A stretch of 64,000 nt of DNA, taken from positions 1 to 64,000 of the forward strand of contig JBHLQH010000006.1 in assembly GCA_048884965.1 (NCBI GenBank), in the 5' to 3' direction. Within the stretch, counting starts at the first letter, position 1; every line of letters begins with the position of its first letter. Shown piece after piece: positions 26,852 to 36,615 of the stretch. The notes under the pieces were generated by a model. That model was given only the letters and a program-made list of their open reading frames with translations. It searched no databases and was not told the origin of the DNA. The stretch comes from Candidatus Thorarchaeota archaeon (lineage in GTDB: Archaea; Asgardarchaeota; Thorarchaeia; Thorarchaeales; Thorarchaeaceae). The translations under genes and the position numbers were made by a program.

Positions 26852-27880
26852 ATGGGATCGGAAGCACAGGCAGCTGACATGTTCAAATGTCCAGTGTGCA
26901 ATGGAAACGTTAAGACCGGCCCAGACGATGTTGTGATTACTTGTGCCTTCTGTGGTTCTACAACGACTATGGATGGTAAGGAAATCGGTGATCACTTGAT
27001 GGAAATCGCAGTCGATTCAGAAACTCGGATTGATGCTTTCCGCAAATTCCTTGACAAGAACAAGGGGATGAACAAATCCCTTGTACAAGGGGCTCAAGTG
27101 GTCGAGAACCGCCTCGTCTACGTACCGGTCTGGACTTCAAAAGTCAAAGCTGATACTTGGTATAAGGGATACAAGACCGTTCAAGTACCAGTTCAAAAAC
27201 AGGAAACCTATCGCGATAGCGATGGAAATACACAAACAAGAACTGTTACCGAGTATGAAACTGGGTACGTTCCTGTTCAAGATGAAATCCATACCGATAC
27301 AAGCGAACCGATGCTCGCGAGAAAGGGAGCTGCACTTTATGGGCTCGAGGAATATCTCGCAGAGGTCGATTTGTCAAAGACAGAAAGATATGACTACAAC
27401 AAGATCAAAGACTTGGAACCAATCATGCTTAATGCAGAGATTGGTCAAGAAGAATATGAGAAGGCTATTCATGGCAAGGTATCAGATCGGCATAGAAGCC
27501 AAGCAGCCAGTGGACTAGCAGAACTCTTCGACTGCAGGACAACTACCAATGTTCGCGGAACAACCTACCTACAAGCCCCCTTCTCCCTTGTTCGCTACAA
27601 GTTCCAAGGCGACCTCTACAAGTGTGCCATTAATGGACGGACCGGAAAGGTCGTATTAGGTGAGATTCCAATAACCAAATTCCAGCGAGCTATCTGGACC
27701 TTGTTAGGACTCATAGGAATTATCCTTTCTGGTGTTGGTGGTGAAATCTTGTACTATGGATTGGGCCTTGATGAATTCGCGTTTATTGCTGGAGGAGGCA
27801 TTGCAGCAGTAATTGGAATAATTATGGCTATCTTCGGATTTAGAGTATTGCTGATGACTCAGCGGGAGAAGAAGGGGTGA
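26852..27880 (+). CDS. Zn-ribbon protein with C-terminal 2-TM anchor
   Basis: CPVC...CAFC, YVPVW, INGRTGKV, two C-terminal hydrophobic helices. Confidence 0.8.
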   Translation: MGSEAQAADMFKCPVCNGNVKTGPDDVVITCAFCGSTTTMDGKEIGDHLMEIAVDSETRIDAFRKFLDKNKGMNKSLVQGAQVVENRLVYVPVWTSKVKADTWYKGYKTVQVPVQKQETYRDSDGNTQTRTVTEYETGYVPVQDEIHTDTSEPMLARKGAALYGLEEYLAEVDLSKTERYDYNKIKDLEPIMLNAEIGQEEYEKAIHGKVSDRHRSQAASGLAELFDCRTTTNVRGTTYLQAPFSLVRYKFQGDLYKCAINGRTGKVVLGEIPITKFQRAIWTLLGLIGIILSGVGGEILYYGLGLDEFAFIAGGGIAAVIGIIMAIFGFRVLLMTQREKKG

Positions 27881-27884
27881 TCAA

Positions 27885-28853
27885 ATGGCAAGATGCGCTT
27901 TTTGTGATGCAGATTTCAGTACCGGTCCTGGCGACCTTCTACTAATCTGTCCTTACTGCGGTACTGCACAAACAACCCAAGGGGCGAAGTTCACTGATCA
28001 CTATATGATCCGAGTGCACTTTCCTCAACATGAGGCTCAGACTACATTGTTGGATTGGTGTTCGAAACAACTTGGAGCACCAAATGATCTAGCAGCAAAA
28101 GCCCGGTTTGTTGGATACAAACAAATCTGGTATCCCTTCTGGATTAGCCGTGTCGATGCAGATACGACATATAGCGGATTAGGAAAGGATGCGAACTTCT
28201 ATGATGAATGGCCTCAGCGGAGAGGAGCATACAAGAGAATCGATTTCTTCTGGAAACCTGAGTCTGGCCGCTTTACTCGTCGTCATGAAATCAAAATACC
28301 CTCTGTGAAGGGAATTGATGAGGATATCCAAAGACATCCGATCCCAACTCGTGCTAAGGAGTATTTTAGTCACGCACACGCTGAGGAATTCGGTGGTGAG
28401 GTTCTGCACAGTCAGATATCTGAGGAGCAAGCTCGTCAGATGGCTCGCGACCAAGCACAAGCCCTCCAGACAAATCTAATCCTAACTGAAGTTTCTAAAA
28501 TCGAAACAAGAAATGATAACATAGATGTCGGTGAAACCTTCCTTATTCATATCCCCGTGTGGGAACTTGAGTACAGATATGGAAATGGTAAGTATAAGGC
28601 ATCAGTCGCTGCAGCTACTGGCTATGTCATTGAGAGCAAGTATCCTCGATCGATGGCATTCCGAGCTGCTGGTGTAGGCTTTGGACTCATCATGCTCCTT
28701 ATAGGAATTGGCTTGATCAGCTTGGCAGCAGGCGTACTTGGCACACCAATATTTCCATTTGGTGGTTTCCTGTCAGGCGGTATCCTATCCATTCTTGGAT
28801 TGGCTCTCTTATACAAGGGAGCATCAAGGAAGGAAGCAAAGGAGAATCTGTAG
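27885..28853 (+). CDS. Zn-ribbon protein with C-terminal 2-TM anchor (paralog of upstream gene)
   Basis: CAFC...CPYC, WYPFW, HIPVW..Y.Y, AATG, two C-terminal TMs. Confidence 0.8.
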   Translation: MARCAFCDADFSTGPGDLLLICPYCGTAQTTQGAKFTDHYMIRVHFPQHEAQTTLLDWCSKQLGAPNDLAAKARFVGYKQIWYPFWISRVDADTTYSGLGKDANFYDEWPQRRGAYKRIDFFWKPESGRFTRRHEIKIPSVKGIDEDIQRHPIPTRAKEYFSHAHAEEFGGEVLHSQISEEQARQMARDQAQALQTNLILTEVSKIETRNDNIDVGETFLIHIPVWELEYRYGNGKYKASVAAATGYVIESKYPRSMAFRAAGVGFGLIMLLIGIGLISLAAGVLGTPIFPFGGFLSGGILSILGLALLYKGASRKEAKENL

Positions 28854-28861
28854 TATCTATT

Positions 28862-28890
28862 GGGGGTTATACCCCCTTTTCCTTCTTTTT
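28862..28890 (+). terminator. Hairpin + pyrimidine tract terminator
   Basis: GGGGGT-TAT-ACCCCC followed by TTTTCCTTCTTTTT, between convergent genes. Confidence 0.6.
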
Positions 28891-30046
28891 ACAAGTAATG
28901 TTCCAATGTTGAGCTAGGTTCAAATCCCAATCTCTTCAGAAGTGGAGTGCCTTCAGCCCATATGGGAAGCTTGGGATATAGTAGAGCATCAAGAATTATT
29001 TCGAAATTGGCTATTGAGTCGATTTCCACGCCTTCTCCACAGTAGGCCTCTTGAACTCCAGCCCTAGCAATCCATGGTCCAAAGGTTGAATTTCGATTAT
29101 CTCTGTTTAGATGGAAAACAAAAACATGACTTGACTCATTCTGCCTCATCATCTCTTGATAGGAAGAGAATCTAGCATGTGAGGCATAGAGAGAAGCTTT
29201 TGCATTCGATGATCCATAGTGCACGCTCTCAATGCTATGGTGTCTTTGCACACGATCTTGGGATATCTCCATCTGGAAATAATCCACTCGAGGCTCTCCT
29301 GGTGCAGATACCACGATGAAGGAATCTCCGAATAGTGATGATTGATGTATGCGTATTGTGGATGATGAGGGCTTCTCAGAGAGATCAAGTAAGGCATTGT
29401 CAATATACGAATCGATAGAAATCTTGAAGGCGTTCTTGATCGGCACAAGTTTTCTGTGCTTGTGCATCCCCAGTAGCCCAACTGCGAGTAACCTAGCGAT
29501 CTGCTCAAGGGCATAGTCATAATCGAAAAGCTGGCAGATGGCTTCCGAAGCAGGAATATCCTTTTGCGATATCTTCTGAGCCACTCTGCTTATCTCGGGT
29601 TCCGATCTAATATCAAAGGACTTTACCAAGATGTCCGAACCCATGGGCAGCTGTCCCGGAAAAGAGTGAAGACGGCGCGGAGGTAGGGTGGGAGCCTCCA
29701 CGCCTATTGCTACGGGACTAACGGAGAGAGCAATTTGCTGCAGGGATTCAACAACATCCTTTGGGACCAAGGATCTAGCATCCGTAGGAACAAGAAATCG
29801 GTACAGCTGTCTACGCATTGAAATGATTGCCTCCCGGTCGAGACCTCGCCAAGCTGTGGGGTGGTCATAGATGGAGAGAAACTCAGCAGGCTGAGTAGAA
29901 GCAAGAATACCAGACATGAGAATCGGATATTTCGCGGTCTCCACTGTGATACCTGGCGGGCAGAAGACTGTGAGGTCTTCTTGGTGTGTTGTATCTCCAA
30001 GCTGGAGTTGCGTAGTCACTGACTGTCCACTTGACATAGCTGCCAC
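28889..30046 (-). CDS. nreA: Nre-family DNA repair protein (divergent, lacking N-terminal Cys motif)
   Basis: PPGI...YP, D.P..W.G, IISMR, LLAVGLLG..RKLVP, GPWIARAGV; C-terminal PIP-like SSTLEHYL. Confidence 0.7.
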   Translation of the reverse strand: MAAMSSGQSVTTQLQLGDTTHQEDLTVFCPPGITVETAKYPILMSGILASTQPAEFLSIYDHPTAWRGLDREAIISMRRQLYRFLVPTDARSLVPKDVVESLQQIALSVSPVAIGVEAPTLPPRRLHSFPGQLPMGSDILVKSFDIRSEPEISRVAQKISQKDIPASEAICQLFDYDYALEQIARLLAVGLLGMHKHRKLVPIKNAFKISIDSYIDNALLDLSEKPSSSTIRIHQSSLFGDSFIVVSAPGEPRVDYFQMEISQDRVQRHHSIESVHYGSSNAKASLYASHARFSSYQEMMRQNESSHVFVFHLNRDNRNSTFGPWIARAGVQEAYCGEGVEIDSIANFEIILDALLYPKLPIWAEGTPLLKRLGFEPSSTLEHYL

Positions 30047-30194
30047 CCTGTAGTCCCGTGGATAGATAAGTCAGAGAGGCTTTGATATTTTTCACATCGA
30101 AATGTACACTCATTCGGACTAATTGGTTGTGGAGAGAGATGACCGAAAGTAAAATCGTCTTCATCAAAAGATAGACTCATATTCAAAATGGAGT

Positions 30195-31820
30195 TTGAAA
30201 GATAGAAACCAAATGAGCGAAGTGAAGGAGGAGTCTTCGTTTGGGGATGATGCATCATCTCATCCGACTGAATATCAGAAACCATTTCAGATGATTAATG
30301 ATGTGTTGAATCGGATTCCCATTCATGTTCTTCTTCTCATCGGTTCAGTGATAGTCACGATCGGTACGTGCACGCATTATATTCTTCATCAACTAACATG
30401 GACGCCAATAGGATTCAGTCTTGATGACTCGTGGATCCATCTTGAATACGCACGATCCATCTTCGAAGGACGCGCGTGGGAGTATTCACCAGGAACCCCG
30501 TCTAGTGGTTCGACCAGCCCCTTATGGTCCATTATTCTATCCCCCATCTTCCTCTTCACCTCTGATATTCCCTCTATTGTATGGGGTGTTATTATCATCT
30601 CAGTGATTTTCTATATTCTGTGCACATTCATTATTGGAGCGTTCTTTCAATCCCTATTGCAAAGCAAGATTGTCAGTTTCTTCTCTATGCTTGGATTCGT
30701 TCTAATCCAATCGAACACATGGCTTATGCTCTCCGGGATGGAATACCCTATCCTCATGTTCTTGCTGTTGCAACCATTATGGATGCTAGATAAACCAGAT
30801 CACAAGTTTGACATTCTATTGGGCATTGTCGCTGGTCTTGCCTATCTAGCTCGCCCGGAAGGTGTTCTTCTGGCTCTGATTGTCTTTCCAATAAGACTTC
30901 TTCAGCATGTCAACGAGAGAGATTTCACAAAGAAGCGATTTGCTTCTATGACTTTGATGGTCGTTTCAGCTGGACTAGCCGTTCTTCCTTGGGTGCTTCA
31001 CTGTCTCACTGTTTCTGGCTATCCCCTTCCTGACACTTTCTATGTGAAGGTCGGGAGTGTATCTGATACTGATGTTGAAGCTTGGAATATCTTCTGGACC
31101 TTCTTCCTCTCTACTATGCCATTCCTACTGATCGGATTTGTAATTGGCTCTTTGACATTGGCAATCAAAAAGCCCTATGCATGGTTAATGGGAATTGCCC
31201 TTACTCTGTTGTATCGCTATACTATGCCATATCAGGCCTTGATTAACAATAGCCGATATCTAATTCCGATCTTTGGATTCCTTGCTATATCATGCATAGC
31301 AGGATTCATTGTTGCGTTCAAACTGATAGCCGATCGTTCCCCAAAGGCGGATCCCCGTATCATACCTACTGCTGTGACACTGCTTATTATTATCGTTATG
31401 ATAATTCCCTCAGTTCCCTATTATCAACATCAAGCCAATGTTCACCGTCAAGCAGTCAAGAATATCAATGAGATGCAGGTAGAAATTGGGTATTGGATCC
31501 GAGAGAACACTCCCTCTGATGCAATTCTGGCCATAGGTGACGTAGGGGCAATCAGATTTGTTGGCGATCGGAGGACCATTGATCTTGTGGGTCTTACAAC
31601 TCCAGATATCGCACATGGTAATTTCACTGGAGCTCAGTTGATGGACTATCTAAGAAATATGAGTACTGATTATCTCATCATTTTCGGTAAATGGACTGGG
31701 TATTTCTATTCCTATCTCGGGAGTAAATTGGAAATGCTCTATAGAATCCAGTTGGATGACAATCTTATCTGCGGTGATAGCGTGATGATTGTCTTTGAGA
31801 TAGACTGGGATGCCTCTTAG
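30195..31820 (+). CDS. GT-C superfamily integral membrane glycosyltransferase
   Basis: LDDSWIHLEYARS, SGSTSPLW, LSGME, ARPEG, RYLIP, DVGAI, IDLVGL; ~11 TMs; start may be ATG 30213. Confidence 0.75.
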   Translation: MKDRNQMSEVKEESSFGDDASSHPTEYQKPFQMINDVLNRIPIHVLLLIGSVIVTIGTCTHYILHQLTWTPIGFSLDDSWIHLEYARSIFEGRAWEYSPGTPSSGSTSPLWSIILSPIFLFTSDIPSIVWGVIIISVIFYILCTFIIGAFFQSLLQSKIVSFFSMLGFVLIQSNTWLMLSGMEYPILMFLLLQPLWMLDKPDHKFDILLGIVAGLAYLARPEGVLLALIVFPIRLLQHVNERDFTKKRFASMTLMVVSAGLAVLPWVLHCLTVSGYPLPDTFYVKVGSVSDTDVEAWNIFWTFFLSTMPFLLIGFVIGSLTLAIKKPYAWLMGIALTLLYRYTMPYQALINNSRYLIPIFGFLAISCIAGFIVAFKLIADRSPKADPRIIPTAVTLLIIIVMIIPSVPYYQHQANVHRQAVKNINEMQVEIGYWIRENTPSDAILAIGDVGAIRFVGDRRTIDLVGLTTPDIAHGNFTGAQLMDYLRNMSTDYLIIFGKWTGYFYSYLGSKLEMLYRIQLDDNLICGDSVMIVFEIDWDAS

Positions 31821-31828
31821 TATTGTGC

Positions 31829-33022
31829 CTATCCCAGTTTATCTTTGATTTTACTCACTAGCTCGTTGAAAATGGAGGCTGGATCTTGAGCTTCTGCAAA
31901 ACCTCCAGTGAATGAATCCTTACTTCCACCGCCTTTTCCTCCCAATCTCTCAGTTACGTCTCTGACATAGTATGATGCGTCATGCGATAGTCCATATGTC
32001 CAGAACAGGAAATTGGTTTTCCGTCCAGGTGCGAATAGCAAAATGGCAGTGTTGCTATCTGAGGGAAGTGCTTTGAGGGTTTGTTTCAAATCCTTTGCCT
32101 CGAACCCTGGTAAATAGAATGTGTGAAGAGTTTGGTCATTAACTACATACGGTTGAGGTGTTTGAGTAAGAAGTGTTCTAATTAGTTCGATCATCTCATT
32201 CCTTTCTTCCTGACTCCTTTTTGATTTGTCAAGAACAGAACCTATCTGTTCCATCTCAAATGGAAAGTGAGTCTTTCTGCTGAGAACCTCATTGTAGATA
32301 GATCCCACATGACTAACTGCCTTCAGGTGTGTTAGGAATTGGATTCTGGTAATCTTCCCCTCCTTTTTCATCTCGGTAATCTTGAAGTAGCCAATATCTC
32401 CTGTTGAAATTACATGAATCCCAGAGCATGCAGAATCATCTATGCCATCTATGGTCACCACACGCAATCTCTCATATTTCGAGTCAAGCCCTTCTCTAGC
32501 TCGAGTTAAATCTGACAGTTCGGATGACGCAACCATTGAAGAACGAACCTGCTTGTCTGAGAAGATGATTTCTTGTACATGTTTCTCAGCTTGGAATATC
32601 ATCTCCTCATTCAATTGTCCTTCAATATCCACAGTACCCTGATCACCGTCTATCCAGATGTAACCCAACCTAAGATTCTCATCCTGTTGCTTCAGCTGCT
32701 TCACAAGAATGTGTTCAGCTGTATGATTTCGCATTGATGCTCTTCGCCACTCCATATCAATCATGAGTGTGGTGGTCGATCCTTCCTCAAGAGATCTATC
32801 AACTAGCAAGAAAATGTGGTTGTCTAAAAGTATTGTATTGGATATTCTAGCTTCACCAATTGATCCTCTATCTCCAGCTTGTCCTCCTCCCTCAGCTCTG
32901 ATGACATCCTTATCTATTGAAACTCGATATCCATCTTCGTTCCTCTCCACACTTAGCACTGTAACCTCAAATCTGTCTACTAGAGGTTCATCCCAATACG
33001 GTTTTGACGACAACATTTTCAA
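31829..33022 (-). CDS. alaX: AlaX-type alanyl-tRNA editing protein with DHHA1 domain
   Basis: EGGGQAGDRG, HTAEH, ACSGIHV, LGGKGGG. Confidence 0.88.
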   Translation of the reverse strand: MKMLSSKPYWDEPLVDRFEVTVLSVERNEDGYRVSIDKDVIRAEGGGQAGDRGSIGEARISNTILLDNHIFLLVDRSLEEGSTTTLMIDMEWRRASMRNHTAEHILVKQLKQQDENLRLGYIWIDGDQGTVDIEGQLNEEMIFQAEKHVQEIIFSDKQVRSSMVASSELSDLTRAREGLDSKYERLRVVTIDGIDDSACSGIHVISTGDIGYFKITEMKKEGKITRIQFLTHLKAVSHVGSIYNEVLSRKTHFPFEMEQIGSVLDKSKRSQEERNEMIELIRTLLTQTPQPYVVNDQTLHTFYLPGFEAKDLKQTLKALPSDSNTAILLFAPGRKTNFLFWTYGLSHDASYYVRDVTERLGGKGGGSKDSFTGGFAEAQDPASIFNELVSKIKDKLG

Positions 33023-33099
33023 ACCATCCTAGCCGAAAGCAATATAGCACCTACATTATGCTCACATATCATCCAACTTATCTTTGAGGTTTGAGGCGG

Positions 33100-34350
33100 A
33101 TGTTTAAGTTCCTAAATAAGGACCCAATTGACAAGGCCAAGCGCCATGTTGAGAAAGCATTGAAAGAGATAGAAGAAGGCTATCTTGATTATGCGAGTAC
33201 AGAATACGAAAAGGCCGCAAACTTGTTCATTGAGGCAGGGTCTTCTGATTTTGCTGTCAAGTATTTCCGAGAAGCTGCATACTGTGCGTTAGAGCATGAG
33301 GATCATTCCCGCGCAGCTCAAATGAAGCTTTGCGCTGCAGAAGCTCTTCTCAACGACACTCTTTTTGATGAGGCAGGAGGTCTGTATCAAGAAGCATCCG
33401 ATCATCTTTTCAGAGCCAAGAAGATTGCTGAATCTTTGAGAGCTCTCGCATTGTCAGTAATGTCACATCTTGGTTCGAGGAATTTTGACACCGCTGTGAA
33501 CTTGCTTCGAAAGATGGAGAAGCGCTTTCCAGACAAGAACCCTCCGAAGGTTCCCGCGTGTGATGTCGCAAAGGAATTTGTTGAAGTTCTGATTGAAGGT
33601 TATGAAACGACTAAAGATAATCTTACCAATTGTATACAAAAATACAAACCCAAAGATAGTGAGTTGGAGCTGATCGAGTTCTTGACTAATAGTGCTAGTA
33701 TTGCCATTGCTACTGATGTACGGATTGAATGGGCTGGAAAAGAAATGCCTGAAGTGAGTGCGAAGACTCCTCTTGAATTCGAATTGCTTCTCAGATGTCC
33801 GGTCCCTATAAGAATTATTGACTACAAGCTTGACACATCAAATAGTCTTACATTCATCAAAGAACCCGCTATCACAAATGTACCACAAACTGATGCTTCT
33901 TTCCTCCTAACTGTAAATCCAGTTTTGAGCGGAGAAGGAACGATAGGTCCTTTCAAGCTAACAATTTCAGGCGAGAGAATTCTTGCGCACAAGCACAGCA
34001 ATCAAATAAAATTCAAGATTGCAAAGGCACCTGCACAGCTTGCTGTAGATTTCACTCCTGAGAGAATATCATGTGGCATTGGAGATGAGGTCGTCTTTGA
34101 TGTAACCCTCTCCAATGAAGGAGAAGGCCCTGCAGATAACATTCTAGTGAAGCTTGCACTGTCTGACGGCATTGAATTATCTCTCGGAGGCAACGAGAGG
34201 TCTATACAATTTCTGGGTGCTAATGAGAAGATGCGCTTGCAAGTGTATGTTAGAGGAATTTCGATGGGCGATCAGGTTGTTATGTTATCAGTTAAAGATG
34301 GACGTTCCAGTCAAGAGATAGTTAAGAATGCGTATATTCGAGTTGGATGA
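33100..34350 (+). CDS. alpha-SNAP-like TPR solenoid fused to two Ig-like domains
   Basis: YASTEYEKAANLF, AVKYFREAAYC, AGGLYQEAS repeats; C-terminal beta-sandwiches (VTLSNEGEGPADNI, LGANE); ATG 33100 (track TTG 33091). Confidence 0.65.
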   Translation: MFKFLNKDPIDKAKRHVEKALKEIEEGYLDYASTEYEKAANLFIEAGSSDFAVKYFREAAYCALEHEDHSRAAQMKLCAAEALLNDTLFDEAGGLYQEASDHLFRAKKIAESLRALALSVMSHLGSRNFDTAVNLLRKMEKRFPDKNPPKVPACDVAKEFVEVLIEGYETTKDNLTNCIQKYKPKDSELELIEFLTNSASIAIATDVRIEWAGKEMPEVSAKTPLEFELLLRCPVPIRIIDYKLDTSNSLTFIKEPAITNVPQTDASFLLTVNPVLSGEGTIGPFKLTISGERILAHKHSNQIKFKIAKAPAQLAVDFTPERISCGIGDEVVFDVTLSNEGEGPADNILVKLALSDGIELSLGGNERSIQFLGANEKMRLQVYVRGISMGDQVVMLSVKDGRSSQEIVKNAYIRVG

Positions 34351-34356
34351 ATTGGA

Positions 34357-35091
34357 TTACTTTCTTTTCCTAGCTACATCCTCTCTGATATCCAAACAGG
34401 CCCCCATAACCTGTTGAATGGTTTCTTCTTCCTTGAAGCCCTTCAGAAGGTCGTCAGCTCTATCAAGATTATCCTCAGTCAAAGCCTCACTGAAGGCTAG
34501 TAGTGTACCTAACCACTCCCATCTGGTTTTATCTACAACCCTCTTTGCCTTACTGATGAGTTCTTTTGCTTTGTCCATTTCATCGATTGTGGCAAACCCC
34601 ATAGCAGCCAAAGAGAGGTCTATAACTGCTCTTTCAGCCTTGCCATCTTCTAAAGCCTTCTCTGAGGCTTTTTCATAGAGATTTCCCATATTCTTTGCAG
34701 CTGTGAGGAAATACTCTGAATTACCAAGTTTATGACATGAGAAGGCTGCCCAGAGGTACGCCTGTGCTGCAGTTTCAGTCATACGCTCAAGAAGTGCTTC
34801 TTTAGCAGCATTTTCATATAATGTGAGTGCGGTACCAAAATCACTAACCTGTCTGTATTGTGTCGCAGCTTCGAAGTATCCATTTGCTGCGGCTTTGTGG
34901 TCGTCCTTTTCGACACTGGCTTCCGCATAGATATGATAGTACTCGGCAGATTTTCGAGTCATTTCAATTACTCGGTCAAGATAGCAAGCAGCTGCTTGCT
35001 TATAGCGCATCGCAGCTTGATTGTATTTCTCAACCTCGGCATACTCGCCAGCCAGACGTTCCCACTGAGAGCATTCATCCTCCATTGACAT
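34357..35091 (-). CDS. alpha-SNAP-like TPR protein
   Basis: AAMRYKQAAACY, AANGYFEAATQYRQ, ALTLYENAA, GNLYEKAS repeats. Confidence 0.65.
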   Translation of the reverse strand: MSMEDECSQWERLAGEYAEVEKYNQAAMRYKQAAACYLDRVIEMTRKSAEYYHIYAEASVEKDDHKAAANGYFEAATQYRQVSDFGTALTLYENAAKEALLERMTETAAQAYLWAAFSCHKLGNSEYFLTAAKNMGNLYEKASEKALEDGKAERAVIDLSLAAMGFATIDEMDKAKELISKAKRVVDKTRWEWLGTLLAFSEALTEDNLDRADDLLKGFKEEETIQQVMGACLDIREDVARKRK

Positions 35092-35210
35092 ACAGACTCC
35101 TTAGATTGATACCTAGCATTAAGTAGGTCAATACATCAGCAGGATACTTTTTGTGAGTACAAATATGTTGTGTGTTCGAATCTCCCGCGATTTTTCGAAC
35201 AGAAGCAAGG

Positions 35211-36548
35211 TTATTTTCCTTGCGTTAACTCATCCAGCAGTTCCTTAGCTCTCTCGACTTTCACATTTTTCTCCTTTACAAGAATTTCCGCAATCTTCTC
35301 GACAAGATCACCACGAGCTCCTGCAGTGGCAGCTACGTTCCGAGCATGTAGGGACATATGCCCTCGCTGAATACCTTCTGAGGCTAATGCTCGAAGAGCA
35401 GCTAGATTCTGAGCAAGCCCTACTGATGCGATAACATGACCGAGTTCCACTGCGGTCTTCACATTTAGTATCTTGACTGCTGCCCGTGCGACTGGGTGAA
35501 TCTTGGTCGCACCTCCAACAAGTCCCACTGCCATGGGAATCTCGATTGACCCAACAAGATTACCGTCCATGTCTTTCTCGTACTTTGTGAGAGAGCTATA
35601 TCCACCTACCGATGCATAACTATGGGCTCCAGCTTCGATTGCTCGAAAGTCATTTCCCGTTGCAACTACAACTGCATCGATACCATTCATGATTCCTTTG
35701 TTATGAGTAGCACATCTGAAAGGATCTGCTTCTGCGAATGCCCAAGCTGCGATAATGCCATCAACGACATCATCACCACCTAGGAGATCTTTTTCAAAAG
35801 TAGCACGAACACGGACTAATCTCTTTTCAGCGAGATTTGACAGGATTCTGAGAAGAACTACCCCCCCAGTTATCTTCTCTATCTCTGGTGCGAGCGCTTC
35901 AGCCATTGTATTCACAGCATTTGCTCCCATCGCATCGCGAGTATCAACCAAGAGTTCACAGATAACCATCGGTCCAACCTGAGTGTCAATCACTTTGACA
36001 CGGATATCTCTCGCGCCTCCACCAAACTTCACAAGGATAGGGTCTTGTTCATTTGCCAGTGCTAATAGCCTGTCCTTTTCCTCAAGAACCTTCATCTTCG
36101 CGAAGAAAGGGTTCGGTACCTTGATGGTCTGGATTTGGGCAATCATTATCGGTCCTGTATCAGTTGCTTTGAACCCTCCTGATGCTCTGGTCATTCGGGC
36201 TGCATTGCTTGCTGCCGCAACAACGGATGGCTCTTCAATTGCCATTGGGATCAAGTAATCCTGATCATTGACTCGAAAGTTTGTGGCAATTCCTAGGGGG
36301 AGAGTCATTGCGCCAATAACATTCTCAATCATGTGGTCTAGAATTTCCATGTCCACTTTTCCTGGGTCTGCGAGAGGTTCTAGTTCCTCGAACGCAATCC
36401 CCGTCAGGTCGGCAATCTTCTTCACACGATCTTCCCGCGTGAGCTTATACAATCCGGATATTCTGGAGTCCTCTACCAAGCCATCCACCGAAATCAACCC
36501 CTCAGATTTTCCTAATAAGAATGATGGAGTGGCAGATATTTTATACAT
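35211..36548 (-). CDS. mvaA: Class II HMG-CoA reductase
   Basis: ENVIG, EEPSVVAA, DAMGAN, THNKGIMNG, GIQRGHMSLH; true start probably ~20 codons downstream. Confidence 0.95.
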   Translation of the reverse strand: MYKISATPSFLLGKSEGLISVDGLVEDSRISGLYKLTREDRVKKIADLTGIAFEELEPLADPGKVDMEILDHMIENVIGAMTLPLGIATNFRVNDQDYLIPMAIEEPSVVAAASNAARMTRASGGFKATDTGPIMIAQIQTIKVPNPFFAKMKVLEEKDRLLALANEQDPILVKFGGGARDIRVKVIDTQVGPMVICELLVDTRDAMGANAVNTMAEALAPEIEKITGGVVLLRILSNLAEKRLVRVRATFEKDLLGGDDVVDGIIAAWAFAEADPFRCATHNKGIMNGIDAVVVATGNDFRAIEAGAHSYASVGGYSSLTKYEKDMDGNLVGSIEIPMAVGLVGGATKIHPVARAAVKILNVKTAVELGHVIASVGLAQNLAALRALASEGIQRGHMSLHARNVAATAGARGDLVEKIAEILVKEKNVKVERAKELLDELTQGK

Positions 36549-36615
36549 CCTTGATTTTCCACTAGACCATAGAGTTTAAGTCTGAAGCAATCTTGCTTGC
36601 GCGAGAGGTTACAAA

